A stretch of 64,000 nucleotides of DNA from an uncultured delta proteobacterium (lineage in GTDB: Bacteria > Desulfobacterota > Desulfobacteria > Desulfobacterales > SG8-13): the NCBI GenBank assembly GCA_963848135.1, contig CAWKCK010000017.1:1-64000 (forward strand). Reading direction: 5' to 3'. The position numbers were made by a program, and so were the translations under genes. The notes under the pieces were generated by a model, which was not told the origin of the DNA, made no database searches, and saw nothing but the letters and a program-made list of their open reading frames with translations. Positions 1-12,843 of this stretch are shown one piece after another; position 1 is the first letter of the stretch; the number at the start of each line of letters is the position of its first letter.

Positions 1-1
1 T

Positions 2-103
2 GTATCCATCTCAAGATACGTCTTTCCGTTTGTACTGACCATGCTCGCCATCGCGCTGTTGATAGGCTATGTGCCATGGATTTCACTATGGTTGATTAAT
101 TGA
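2..103 (+). CDS. 3' end of TRAP transporter large permease (DctM/HpsM-like), partial
   Basis: Frame from base 2 reads ...VFPFVLTMLAIALLIGYVPWISLWLIN*, a typical DctM C-terminus; lies upstream of the hpsNOP-like genes. Confidence 0.7.
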   Translation, partial: VSISRYVFPFVLTMLAIALLIGYVPWISLWLIN

Positions 104-326
104 TCGGTTTCGGATGAAAACTACTTTAACGTGGAATGCGCTTCATTTCGCCACAACCGTGAAAGTGATTTAGGAATTAACCATAAAGCGCTCACAATAA
201 TTGAGCGCAGCCATTCCCAGTAACTGACTTCGACCCGCGTCAAGCTACAAGTGCTGGTAGAAAACATGAACAATATCTTCCAGGAATGCATGCCTTCCTC
301 AGCAAGGTTTCGACATCAACCTTTAA

Positions 327-2431
<2,105 letters not shown>

Positions 2432-2456
2432 CGCAACCCGAAAGGAAAAAAAACTC

Positions 2457-3455
2457 ATGAAAGCACTCGTGTACACGCAACCGGACGAGGTCGTATACCG
2501 GGACGAGCCGGATCCGGTTCCCGGGGAAGGCCAGGTGCTGGTAAAAGTGGCAGCCTCGGGCATCTGCGGTTCCGACATGCACGCCTACCACGGGCACGAT
2601 TCCCGCAGGGTGCCCCCGCTCATTCTGGGGCACGAGGTCGCGGGAACCGTTGCCTCTGGGAGAAGAAAAGGCGAACGGGTGGTGATAAACCCGCTCATGA
2701 CATGCGGCATGTGCGCCGATTGTGAAAGCGGTCGCACGAACCTGTGTCTCACGAGAGAACTCATTGGGATGCGGGTGTCAGGTGCCTACTGCGAATATGT
2801 GGCGGTTCCCGAACGGAACCTGGTGACTATCCCCGATTCCTTCGTCATGGTAAAGGCCTCCCTCGCAGAACCGGCGGCCTGTGCTCTCCATACCCTCAAC
2901 AAGGCCCGAATGCTGTCACCACGGCCTCTTGCCGAACTACGGACACTGATTATCGGGGGCGGAGCGATTGGCATGCTCTCTGCTTTGCTTCTTAAGAGTT
3001 ATGGGTGCAGGCAAGTAACGGTGGCTGAGACCAACAGACTGAGACGGAAAACGGTTGCGGACACTGTGGCCTGCGCTGTCCATGATCCATCAAACGATCC
3101 AGAAATCCCTGCCGATTCTTTCGAACTCGTCATTGACGCGGTAGGAGGAGGCATAACCCGGTCTATGGGGTCGCGGGCGGTCAAGCCGGGAGGGATCTTC
3201 GCCCATATCGGGCTCATGGATTCGAAGGAAGGCCTCGACATCAGGAAGGTAACCCTCCAGGAGGTTTCCCTCATTGGAATATATACGTACACCCGGGAGG
3301 ATTTTCGGGCCACCGTGGCTGCTTTGGCCGGCGGCATGTTCGGCAACCTCGAGTGGGTGGAAACGAGGCCTCTTTCAGAGGGTGCCCGCGCTTTCGAAGA
3401 CCTTGACAAGGGAAGAACTCCCGCAGCCAAGATTGTGCTCGTGCCGGAATTATAA
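2457..3455 (+). CDS. hpsP: Zn-dependent alcohol dehydrogenase (HpsP-like)
   Basis: GICGSD, GHE, CxxCxxC-x7-C, GGGAIG; hpsNOP gene order. Confidence 0.7.
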   Translation: MKALVYTQPDEVVYRDEPDPVPGEGQVLVKVAASGICGSDMHAYHGHDSRRVPPLILGHEVAGTVASGRRKGERVVINPLMTCGMCADCESGRTNLCLTRELIGMRVSGAYCEYVAVPERNLVTIPDSFVMVKASLAEPAACALHTLNKARMLSPRPLAELRTLIIGGGAIGMLSALLLKSYGCRQVTVAETNRLRRKTVADTVACAVHDPSNDPEIPADSFELVIDAVGGGITRSMGSRAVKPGGIFAHIGLMDSKEGLDIRKVTLQEVSLIGIYTYTREDFRATVAALAGGMFGNLEWVETRPLSEGARAFEDLDKGRTPAAKIVLVPEL

Positions 3456-3604
3456 ATCAGCGTCGCATATGGTTTGTGGACATTTTAAGCGAACATATTT
3501 TACCATCTACGAATTCAGATTCGTCGGCTTCGCCGCTAAGCATATCTGTTTTTTCGCTACAGACCCCAATATCATCCAGGCCTGAAACGGTATCCAGTGA
3601 ATTA

Positions 3605-4774
3605 ATGCCAAACAACGAAATATTGGAATCCATCTCTTTAGCAAAAGCGGAAACCTTTGTATTCAGGGCACCCATTGATGCTCCCGTTCGAACGTCTTTC
3701 GGGATCATGTATGATCGACCAGCTGTGTTGGTTCGGCTGGAAGACAAAGATGGTGCCCATGGGTGGGGTGAAGTCTGGTGCAATTTTCCAAGCGTTGGCG
3801 CAGAGCACCGCGCCAGGCTGATCACTGAGGTCTTGGTACCACTATTAGCCAAACAACCCACCCGCCTTCCGACAGAAATGTTCTCTTACCTTACCCGAAC
3901 AACGCACATACTGAAAATACAATGCGGCGAGCCCGGCCCACTATCTCAAGCGATTGCCGGTCTGGATATCGCTGTTTGGGATCTATTTGCTCGAAAAAAA
4001 GGCATACCTCTCTACACCCTTTTTAATGGTAATAAGAAGATTGAGAACGTACCCGTATATGCCAGCGGAATAAATCCCGAGGAATCGTTGAAAACTGTCT
4101 CTGATTGTCGTAAAGAGGGTTATCGGGCTTTCAAACTTAAAGCTGGCTTTGGCCCGGATATTGATTTTCCCAACATAAACCGGATAATCGAACGTTTGAG
4201 TATCGACGAGGCACTCATGCTGGATGCCAACCAAGCATGGAACTTGGCCGAAGCAAAATTTTTTATTGATAAGATATCTGATTATCCCATCGCGTGGCTT
4301 GAGGAACCCTTACCTGCTGATCGCCCTGAAGCAGAATGGGCTCAGCTCTCATCAGCCTCTCCCATACCTTTAGCCGCCGGGGAAAACATTTGCGGCATCG
4401 AGGATTTTACTAATAGAATTTCAGCCGGCCATATCGCTGTTATTCAGCCGGATGTGTGTAAATGGGGAGGCGTGACCGGCTGTTTGCAGGTGGCCCAAGC
4501 GGCGCTTAAAGCCGGAAAGCGTTATTGCCCCCACTATTTGGGAGGAGGCATCGGACTCCTGGCATCTGCACACATCCTGGCGGCTGCAGGGGGAGATGGA
4601 CGACTTGAATTAGACGTCAATCCCAATCCCTTGAGAGAAGGATTGGCGATGCCATTTCCGGAAATAAAGGACGGCAATTTCCATATGCCCACTACGCCCG
4701 GACTGGGTGTAGAACCTGATTTTGAGGTTGTAAAAAAATATCTCGTTTCAAATATAACGACAGAGTCTTTTTAG
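3605..4774 (+). CDS. Mandelate racemase/muconate lactonizing enzyme family protein
   Basis: KLKAG, LMLDANQ, WLEEP, AAGEN, QPD, PGLG motifs; start placed at MPNNEIL. Confidence 0.85.
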   Translation: MPNNEILESISLAKAETFVFRAPIDAPVRTSFGIMYDRPAVLVRLEDKDGAHGWGEVWCNFPSVGAEHRARLITEVLVPLLAKQPTRLPTEMFSYLTRTTHILKIQCGEPGPLSQAIAGLDIAVWDLFARKKGIPLYTLFNGNKKIENVPVYASGINPEESLKTVSDCRKEGYRAFKLKAGFGPDIDFPNINRIIERLSIDEALMLDANQAWNLAEAKFFIDKISDYPIAWLEEPLPADRPEAEWAQLSSASPIPLAAGENICGIEDFTNRISAGHIAVIQPDVCKWGGVTGCLQVAQAALKAGKRYCPHYLGGGIGLLASAHILAAAGGDGRLELDVNPNPLREGLAMPFPEIKDGNFHMPTTPGLGVEPDFEVVKKYLVSNITTESF

Positions 4775-5094
4775 CCCTGCTTGTCTTTATACTGGGATCC
4801 TGGGTAACCTCGGATATGGTTTAAATGTGAGATCCCTGCCACTAAACGACTATAAGATGTTGCTGGAATTTAGCCTGCTAATGCCTCTGAATATTGATGA
4901 GTTTGCCGGTTCTGAACCATCGTGAATTCATGCTGACCCATCTGCTCGCAAACAAATTATGGCAGAACCGCACACGATCTCCAGAGAGTGTGTGCGTACT
5001 ATATCAGGACGTCGCGGCGTGTTGCGACACATTGACAACAGAGGGCGCCCGGGGCATCCGGGCCCTTCCACCGAATCCAAGGAGGCAGAATATC

Positions 5095-6051
5095 ATGAAG
5101 AAGCTCGCGACCATCGTTTTTGTAGTGTTATGTGTTTGTGCGCTCACTGTGCCGGCTTTGGCTGAGGATAAATATCCGTCCCGGCCGATCACTTATTCGA
5201 TTGCCTTTCCACCTGGCGGTCAGTCCGATTTGGAAGCGCGGAGGCAACAGCCTTACCTGGAAAAAATTCTGGGGCAAAAGGTCATCATACAATACAAACC
5301 GGGTGGCGGCGGTTCCATCTGCTGGGCCGACATGGTAAAGCAGAAACCGGATGGGTATTTCGTGGCAGGCATCAACATTCCCCACATTATCCTTCAACCG
5401 ATTGAACGCGGCAATGCCGGGTATGAAACGGAACAGATCGTACCCATCGCCATATTCCAAGCCACCGCCCTCGGACTTGCGGTTATGAAGGATTCTCCCT
5501 TCAAGACTGTCAAGGACCTGGTGGACTACGCCAAGGCGCATCCCGGCGAGGTGGTCGCCGGTGGATCAGGTACCTGGTCAGGCCCCCATCTGGCCTTTTT
5601 GCAGTTCAGCAAGCTCGCCGGCATCGAAATGACCTGGATCCCTTACAAGGGTGCCGCTCCGGGAGTGGCCGCATTTCTCGGCGGCCACATCAAAGTCACC
5701 GTGGGCAACTCCAACGACCTGGTGTCACATAAGGACAAGATTCGCGTACTGGCCATGGGAACGGAAGAACGGTTCAAACACTTTCCTGATACACCCACTT
5801 TCATTGAATTGGGCTACGACATGACAGCCAGTGTGGATCGAGGCATGGGAGCGCCTCCTGGATTTCCCGCGGACGCAGTGAAAGTTTTGGAAAAAGCCAG
5901 TCTCGATATCGCCTCCATGCCTGAAGTGGTGGAAGCCCTGGAGCGTGACGGTTTTTTGGTCCGCAAGATGACTGCCGCCCAGACCGCGGCCTACATTGAA
6001 AAAAAGAGGGCTGAACTGATTCCCATCTTGAAGGAGTTCAAGACCAAGTAA
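5095..6051 (+). CDS. tctC: Tripartite tricarboxylate transporter substrate-binding protein (TctC/Bug)
   Basis: Signal peptide, YPSRPIT, FPPGGQSD, PGGGG, PDGY, IPYKG; RBS AGGAGG before ATG 5095. Confidence 0.9.
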   Translation: MKKLATIVFVVLCVCALTVPALAEDKYPSRPITYSIAFPPGGQSDLEARRQQPYLEKILGQKVIIQYKPGGGGSICWADMVKQKPDGYFVAGINIPHIILQPIERGNAGYETEQIVPIAIFQATALGLAVMKDSPFKTVKDLVDYAKAHPGEVVAGGSGTWSGPHLAFLQFSKLAGIEMTWIPYKGAAPGVAAFLGGHIKVTVGNSNDLVSHKDKIRVLAMGTEERFKHFPDTPTFIELGYDMTASVDRGMGAPPGFPADAVKVLEKASLDIASMPEVVEALERDGFLVRKMTAAQTAAYIEKKRAELIPILKEFKTK

Positions 6052-6219
6052 CAGTAAAGCTACAGATTCGAATGCCATGCGGAAACGCTAAGACGGTGGG
6101 TGTTATCCATCACCACTCTTAGGTCAATTTCGACGCCCCAATACTGCAATGGCGGGGTGGGTGACGAACCGGAGGTGTGTCTTTACAGGCCCACGCCTCC
6201 GGTTCACTGCGAGGTAGAT

Positions 6220-7764
6220 ATGTTCGACGCCGCCTTAATGGGCTTAATCCAAGTATTCAAAATCGGCAATTTCCTTTCCCTGCTCGGTGGCGTGACCATG
6301 GGTATCGTCTTCGGTGCGCTTCCCGGCCTCACCGCAACCATGGGCCTGGCCCTTTTGATTCCTTTCACTTTCACCATGTCTCCAACGGCGGGATTGATTA
6401 TGTTGGCCGGAATCTATGTAGGGGCCATGTACGGTGACGCCATCCCGGCAGTGCTCATCAACACCCCAGGCACCCCGGCTGCCATCGCAACCACCTTTGA
6501 CGGATTTCCCCTGACGCAAAAAGGAATGGCTCAACACGGCCTGGTTGCAGCGGCTGTCGCCTCGTCCTTCGGTTCCCTGGTAGCGAACATCGTGCTGGCC
6601 ACTTCCGCACCACCTCTCGCCGAGGCTTCGCTGAAGTTCGGACCGCCGGAATATTTCTGGTTGGGAATTTTTGGTCTGACGATCATTGCGACCCTCTCTT
6701 CGGGTTTTATCGTCAAAGGATTGCTCGGCGGCGCCATCGGTCTCATCCTGAGCACGGTGGGCATGTCACCCTTGGGAGGTGATGTCCGCCTCACCTTCGG
6801 GTATCCCGAACTGCAGGCGGGTGTCGAACTGATCGTGGCGCTCATCGGGTTCTTCTGCCTTCCGGAAATTCTCACAAGCATCATCGGAAAACGCCAGGAG
6901 TCTTATACTTCCCACAAGGTGACCCCAAAGCTGAGCGTGATCTGGGAGGTCATCGTCTCCCTCTTCCGGAGGCCCGTGCTCATGCTGCGGTCCTCGGTGA
7001 TCGGCACGGTGATCGGTTTTGCCCCGGGGGCGGGAGGAAACATCGCAAGCATGGTATCTTATAACGAAGCGTGCCGGTGGGACAAACACCCCGAGGATTT
7101 CGGCAAAGGTACCATAAAGGGAGTGGCGGCATCCGAAGCGGCGAATAGCGCCATGGCGCCCGGTTCCCTCATTCCTCTCCTTACTCTGGGTATCCCCGGT
7201 TCCCCCCCCGCGGCAGTCATCTTGGGTGCTCTTATGCTGCACGGTATGCGGCCAGGAATCGAACTTTTCAGCGTTCACGCATCTGTGACCTATGCGTTCA
7301 TCATGGGATTGCTGGTGGCGGCTTTTCTCGTGACCATCATCGGATGCTTCGGATCCTTCGTCTACGCCCGTATTATCAATATCCCTGCCCGATACCTCGC
7401 CCCAGCGATCGTTTTCATGACGGTTCTGGGTTCCTACGCCATCCGCAACAATATGTTGGATGTTTGGATCATGCTGATCTTCGGGATCATCGGGTATGTC
7501 AGCAATAAACTTAAATTTCACCCCGCTCCCATTGTCCTTGGTCTGATCCTGGGACCATTCGTGGAAGAAGGGCTCGTGCAATCAATTCTTGCAGGGAAAG
7601 CAGGTGGAAGCGTGTTTCTGTATATGACAGCGAGACCCATCTCCGGCGTGCTCATCGCCATGAGCGTCATGTCCGCCCTGTGGCCGGTTATCGCCAATTG
7701 GCGCAAGAAGCGGCGCAACCGTGAGGCGGCTTCGGCCAGCAAGGTGGAGGACAGCCATGCTTAA
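6220..7764 (+). CDS. tctA: Tripartite tricarboxylate transporter permease TctA
   Basis: GALPGL, NTPGTP, FGPPEYF, EAANSA, LTLGIPG motifs. Confidence 0.9.
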   Translation: MFDAALMGLIQVFKIGNFLSLLGGVTMGIVFGALPGLTATMGLALLIPFTFTMSPTAGLIMLAGIYVGAMYGDAIPAVLINTPGTPAAIATTFDGFPLTQKGMAQHGLVAAAVASSFGSLVANIVLATSAPPLAEASLKFGPPEYFWLGIFGLTIIATLSSGFIVKGLLGGAIGLILSTVGMSPLGGDVRLTFGYPELQAGVELIVALIGFFCLPEILTSIIGKRQESYTSHKVTPKLSVIWEVIVSLFRRPVLMLRSSVIGTVIGFAPGAGGNIASMVSYNEACRWDKHPEDFGKGTIKGVAASEAANSAMAPGSLIPLLTLGIPGSPPAAVILGALMLHGMRPGIELFSVHASVTYAFIMGLLVAAFLVTIIGCFGSFVYARIINIPARYLAPAIVFMTVLGSYAIRNNMLDVWIMLIFGIIGYVSNKLKFHPAPIVLGLILGPFVEEGLVQSILAGKAGGSVFLYMTARPISGVLIAMSVMSALWPVIANWRKKRRNREAASASKVEDSHA

Positions 7765-8203
7765 TGCGGATTTGATCATCGGATTTTCGTCTTTTATATT
7801 GGCTGGGGTGGTTTTCGTCGCGACACGGGATCTGAGCCGTCTCGGAGGGCTTTTCGTCAACTACACCCTCGTCGTTATCGCTATCCTCTCGGTATTGATG
7901 CTCATCAAGGGGTTCCTGAAACCGGAAAGATTGGCCTTTTTCGACTCGAACGTGGAAAGAAACAATGTGATCGTCGGAATCGTCATTCTCGCGTTATATT
8001 TGATTCTGATGCCACTAATAGGGTTTCTGCCTGCCAGTTACCTATTCTACGCCGTCTTCAATTTGTATTTGGCGCCAGACAGATGGAGTTGGAAAAATAT
8101 CATACGTTCCGTGGTGATCAGTGCTGTCGTTGTGACCGTGTTTTACGGGGTATTCCGGTTTCTACTCGCAGTGCCACTGCCCACAGGTGCATGGTTAGAA
8201 TAG
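7757..8203 (+). CDS. tctB: Tripartite tricarboxylate transporter TctB
   Basis: Small multi-TM protein ending VPLPTG, overlapping tctA. Confidence 0.85.
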   Translation: MLNADLIIGFSSFILAGVVFVATRDLSRLGGLFVNYTLVVIAILSVLMLIKGFLKPERLAFFDSNVERNNVIVGIVILALYLILMPLIGFLPASYLFYAVFNLYLAPDRWSWKNIIRSVVISAVVVTVFYGVFRFLLAVPLPTGAWLE

Positions 8204-8210
8204 AGAAAAG

Positions 8211-8459
8211 AGATACCCGGATCCAGAGGATCCAGCACTGGTTCCATTGATAGGGAGTGTTTCTTTTATTACATTAAAGTGACTAAAGTGGATTGAAATG
8301 CGCTAAAGTGCCTAAAGTTAAGGAATTCTATCTCTTTTTATAAACGACAGAGAGAAGCGGCATATAAACTTTAGATCACTCCACACTTTGTATATTTTCT
8401 TGGCAAAGCCTATTATCTCTTACCTGGCCCAGAGGAACAGGTTTTGGGTACAGAGTAAA
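8211..8459 (+). repeat. Dispersed 250-270 bp MITE-like element with internal 10-bp repeats (copy 1)
   Basis: Aligns end to end with 63120-63392. Confidence 0.85.
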
Positions 8460-8649
8460 TTTACCTCAACAAATCAACGGGGGAGGTTTAATAAAGAAGA
8501 ACTATATAACAGCCGCTCTGACACTGGTGTTTCTGTTGCTGGTCGGTCCCGAAAGTATTGCCGGTGATCAATTTCCTGATAAACCCACCAAATTCATCAT
8601 CCCCTTACATAAAAAAGACCTATCGTTCGCGAGAAAGGTAAAATTGATC

Positions 8650-9750
8650 ATGTCAGTCCTTTTTGACTCTACGCAAATCAATGGTATGACGTTATCCAAC
8701 CGCTTTGTGCGATCCGCGACATGGGAAGGGGTGGCTGGACCAGACGGTAGCTGTACGGATCGCCTGACGGCTTTGATGGAAAACCTTGCCGGCGGCGGGG
8801 TTGGCTTGATCATCACCGGTCACACGTACGTAGACCGTCGCGGTCAAGCCGGACCCTGGCAGTTGGGCATCGATTGTGACGATCGCATTCCATCCCTTCA
8901 GAAGATGACGGCCGCCGTGCATGCGAACAGTGGAAAGATCGTGATGCAACTGGCGCATGCCGGTTTGATGGCCGATACGGATCTCACCGGAACAGTGCCC
9001 CTGGCTCCCTCCCGCCTCGATGAGTATACCAAAACCGCGCCGCGGGAAATGACGTTGGATGATATCGGTGAAGTAATCGATGCCTTCGGTACTGCGGCTG
9101 CGCGTGCAAAAGCGGGTGGATTCGACGGTGTCCAGATCCACGCTGCCCATGGTTACCTACTGAGCCAATTCTTGTCCCCGGTATTTAACCGCCGCTCAGA
9201 TTCTTATGGCGGTACGGTCGAGAATAGAGCGCGGATCGTTCTGGAAGTGGTCCGGAGTATCCGACAAACCGTTGGAAACGATTTCCCCCTATTGATAAAA
9301 GTGAATACCGCGGATTATCTCGACGGCGGACTCGAACTGCCGGATGCCGTAGCGACAGCGGTATTATTGCAGGCGGCCGGTATCGACGCCATCGAGCTGA
9401 GCGGCGGTACTGCTGCTTCAGGGAAAATGCGCCCGGTCCGAACCGGAATCAAATCGAGAGATCGGGAAGCCTATTTCGAGGAAGCCGCTAAATCTTTTAG
9501 AAACCAGGTTAACGTTCCTTTGGTCCTTGTCGGCGGCATTCGATCCTATGAAATAGCCGAACGTATCATTGCCAATCATACCGCCGACTATATCTCCATG
9601 TCGCGCCCTTTTATCCGCGAACCCGACTTAATTCAGCGCTGGAAATCAGGCGATCTCGGGCGGGCCACCTGTGTTTCCGACAACCGTTGTTTTATTCCGA
9701 TAAGAAAAGGGTTGGGCGTCAGTTGCATTACGGACGCTAAACATTCCTGA
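8650..9750 (+). CDS. NADH:flavin oxidoreductase (Old Yellow Enzyme family)
   Basis: NRFVRSAT, QLAHAG, HAAHGYLLSQFLSP, NRRSDSYGG. Confidence 0.9.
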   Translation: MSVLFDSTQINGMTLSNRFVRSATWEGVAGPDGSCTDRLTALMENLAGGGVGLIITGHTYVDRRGQAGPWQLGIDCDDRIPSLQKMTAAVHANSGKIVMQLAHAGLMADTDLTGTVPLAPSRLDEYTKTAPREMTLDDIGEVIDAFGTAAARAKAGGFDGVQIHAAHGYLLSQFLSPVFNRRSDSYGGTVENRARIVLEVVRSIRQTVGNDFPLLIKVNTADYLDGGLELPDAVATAVLLQAAGIDAIELSGGTAASGKMRPVRTGIKSRDREAYFEEAAKSFRNQVNVPLVLVGGIRSYEIAERIIANHTADYISMSRPFIREPDLIQRWKSGDLGRATCVSDNRCFIPIRKGLGVSCITDAKHS

Positions 9751-9835
9751 CATAACCGCCACTACCCCCCCAATGCAACCCGCCATCCCCCCGAACCAAC
9801 GCAATACTTTGTATATACAAATACATACATTTTGA

Positions 9836-9864
9836 TTGAAAGAACCCATTTCCTCTGCTAAGAT
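9836..9864 (+). promoter_or_regulatory. Putative sigma70 promoter
   Basis: TTGAAA-N17-TAAGAT upstream of a long leader. Confidence 0.45.
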
Positions 9865-10102
9865 GGTTTCCAATAGATCAGAGGCGCCTATCTGAAAACA
9901 ATCCGACGGTCCCCGATCCGCCCCTCCTGGTGAGCCAGAGTCGAGGGGTTTCGCTTTTAGCGGCGCCGATTTATGATCGAGGGGTACCAACCCGGAACTT
10001 TAGCGGGTGCGACACAGTGGCGAGATACTGTCTCACACGATCTCTTCACCGTATCCGGATGGCATCGATATATAAGCCTGCCATCTAACTTCGGAGGTGG
10101 CT

Positions 10103-11590
10103 ATGACGTTCACCGAATCGCTGTTACCTATCACGTCAAATCCGTTTCTACTCATGCTGCTGCTTCTGGCGGCCATGTATTTTGCCCGGAAACCATTCCA
10201 CAAAGCGGTGCGAGCATTTAGCCTGGTCTTGAACAATGCCCTGCGGCTTTTTGCGGCTTCGGTGCGGCAGGCCGAGAAGCGGCTCGTCGAACGCAATAGA
10301 GAGGTTCTCATGGCCGAGGGGCTCGAGAACGCTGAACGCCTTGTGGAACGGGAGTTCGATCGCATAAACGCCGCGGTGGTCCGGGATTTGAAAGGCTACC
10401 CTGCCCTGCATCGTCAGATGGCCGAAGTGGCGACCAAATTGGAGGAAGATCACGCCGAAAGCGTCGAAGTACCGCCAAGTCTGCCGAATTGGGTCACCAT
10501 CATCGAGGCCATCGCCAATATCAAACACACCGGCGATTCGATGGTGTCTAATATGCTGGGCGAAATCGATAAGAATCTCAGAAACCAGCACCAGTCAGCC
10601 ATCGAAAGTTACAGAGCCTCGAGCGGTAAACGTCACGCCTTGCTCAATAAAATGATACCCCTGTGGCGCAAAGTTCAGAAAAAACTGGACGAAGTTGGCC
10701 AGGCGGTGATGGATCTGACCGACCGTGCCAAGGGCATCGATCACTACATGGATGAATACCAGCAAATCCGCGCGCAGACCGATAAGGCGGCCCGCAAGCT
10801 CTCATCCTCATCCATGACCCAGTTTTTCATATCCGGGCTGGTTTTGCTAATCGCCATCGGCGGGGCGATAATCAATTTCAATCTGATCGCACTGCCCATG
10901 TCAGAGATGGTAGGAGGGGGCAGCTTCATCGGTCCGTATAAGACCTCCGATGTTGCCGGGCTGGTCATCATTTTGATCGAACTCAGCATGGGACTTTTCC
11001 TCCTGGAATCGCTCCGCATTACGCGTATGTTTCCAGTCATCGGCGCCATGGACGACAAGATGAGAATGCGCATGATCTGGATCACCCTGACGCTATTAAC
11101 CGTGCTGGCCGGGGTCGAATCGGCCCTGGCCTTCATGCGGGATCGAATCGCAACCGACATGGAAGCGCTGCGTCAAACCCTGGCCGGAGTAGAACAAACC
11201 CTCCGGACCACAAGTAAGATTCCGACAATTGGTCAGATGATAATGGGGTTTATCCTGCCTTTTGCCCTTGCTTTCGTGGCCATTCCTCTGGAATCATTCA
11301 TATCTTCAGCACGTACCGTCGTAGGGGTTTTGGCCGCCGGCTTACTGAACGCGGTGGCATTTCTGCTCCGACTGGCCGGAAATATCATCTATTACACCGG
11401 AAAATTTGTCACCAGCGTCTACGATCTGATCATCTTCCCGCCGCTGTGGCTCGAGGGCGTAATTACCGAAAAGCCATTCAAGATTCGGGAAGCCCTTGAA
11501 AAGGTTTCCAAATCCCGCCGACAGAAAAAAGCGGACAGGGTCACCAAGCCATACGAAGACCGCACCCAAATACTGGAGAGCAGGAAATGA
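10103..11590 (+). CDS. Hypothetical membrane protein with long helical/coiled-coil region
   Basis: Long ORF with N-terminal TM, helical middle and several C-terminal TMs; RBS GGAGG. Confidence 0.8.
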   Translation: MTFTESLLPITSNPFLLMLLLLAAMYFARKPFHKAVRAFSLVLNNALRLFAASVRQAEKRLVERNREVLMAEGLENAERLVEREFDRINAAVVRDLKGYPALHRQMAEVATKLEEDHAESVEVPPSLPNWVTIIEAIANIKHTGDSMVSNMLGEIDKNLRNQHQSAIESYRASSGKRHALLNKMIPLWRKVQKKLDEVGQAVMDLTDRAKGIDHYMDEYQQIRAQTDKAARKLSSSSMTQFFISGLVLLIAIGGAIINFNLIALPMSEMVGGGSFIGPYKTSDVAGLVIILIELSMGLFLLESLRITRMFPVIGAMDDKMRMRMIWITLTLLTVLAGVESALAFMRDRIATDMEALRQTLAGVEQTLRTTSKIPTIGQMIMGFILPFALAFVAIPLESFISSARTVVGVLAAGLLNAVAFLLRLAGNIIYYTGKFVTSVYDLIIFPPLWLEGVITEKPFKIREALEKVSKSRRQKKADRVTKPYEDRTQILESRK

Positions 11591-12234
11591 AACGGATTTT
11601 CAGCGTCATATGCTTAATTGGATTGCTGACTACCGGCTGTGCCGACTCCCAGAGTCGGACCACCGGCATCTATATGCTCGTAGATACGTCCGGCACGTAC
11701 GCCCTTGAATTGAAAAAGGCCCAGTCGATCATCAACTATCTGCTTGGAACCTTGCAGCCGAATGACACCCTTGCGGTCGCCAGCATCGACACCGGCAGTT
11801 TCAGTGAAAAGGACATCATCGCCAAGGTGACCTTCGACCAGCGACCGTCGGTAGCCAATAACCAAAAAAGAGCCTTTCAGCAAACCATCGATGAATTCGT
11901 GACCAATGTGAAAAGCAGCCCCTTTACCGATATTTCCGGCGGTATTCTCCAGGCGATTGAATATCTGAATGAGGTCAACTCCGGACAAAAGTATATCCTC
12001 ATTTTCTCTGACCTTAAGGAAGAACTGGCCAAGGGCTACGTAAGGGATATTCCTTTTCAATTGAGCGGTTTCAGCGTGGTCGCACTGAATGTGACCAAGT
12101 TGCGTCAGGACATTCGAGATCCCAAAAAATATCTCGGACGGGTAGACCAATGGCGTTCGAAAGTCGAAGGCGGTAACGGTGCATGGCGGGTGATCAATGA
12201 TTTGGAACGACTGGAATATATTTTCAAGGGGTAG
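11587..12234 (+). CDS. VWA-domain lipoprotein
   Basis: Lipobox LTTGC; MIDAS DTSGT...TDI...IFSD. Confidence 0.8.
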   Translation: MKRIFSVICLIGLLTTGCADSQSRTTGIYMLVDTSGTYALELKKAQSIINYLLGTLQPNDTLAVASIDTGSFSEKDIIAKVTFDQRPSVANNQKRAFQQTIDEFVTNVKSSPFTDISGGILQAIEYLNEVNSGQKYILIFSDLKEELAKGYVRDIPFQLSGFSVVALNVTKLRQDIRDPKKYLGRVDQWRSKVEGGNGAWRVINDLERLEYIFKG

Positions 12235-12843
12235 GCGGCGTGACAAGATGACCGGATCAAGGCTCAAACTCGGTGATCAACGCCATTCGCAAGCGGCACC
12301 GTAGTCTGCATGTTTAGCGTAAGAATTGCCAGATAATATGGGCCCTGACTTTCTGCTCGACGGATTGGCAGTCCCTGCTACCAAGCGACGGTGGAGTCAT
12401 AAATCAGGCCGCTGCCTTGGCTGAACAATTGACCTCGATGTTCTTCAAGCTGTTGTGGATATCAATCGCGCCCAGCCTTCAATCCTGTCTGCCCCCTCCT
12501 CAAAAGCCCTCCAACCTGTATCCGATTGTCTGTTACGGCGAGACGTAAAGCTTTATTTTTGCTTGACTGTCGGCATACGTAGCTTTATTGTAGCTTTAAT
12601 TCAGTATTTACTTGGTACGTATCGTTTCAGACCTACCGATAAACTTTAATGACGTATGCGGTTTCGTCCGAATTGTGTAGACCGGTCAGTCTGATTGACA
12701 ATTTCAATACCAATTGTCACCCAGGTGGAGCCCAAACCCAAATTCTGATATTCGCGAGCCTGCTGCGAAACCGATCGTTTACCAGATCTATCACAGAGCC
12801 GTCGCGCGCATAACCTCGATTGATTATAAGAGTTGATACGACA

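Noticed and set aside
4864..4880. sigma54-like TGGAAT-N5-CTGCT upstream of tctC
   Set aside because: Only the GG/GC dinucleotides match; insufficient support
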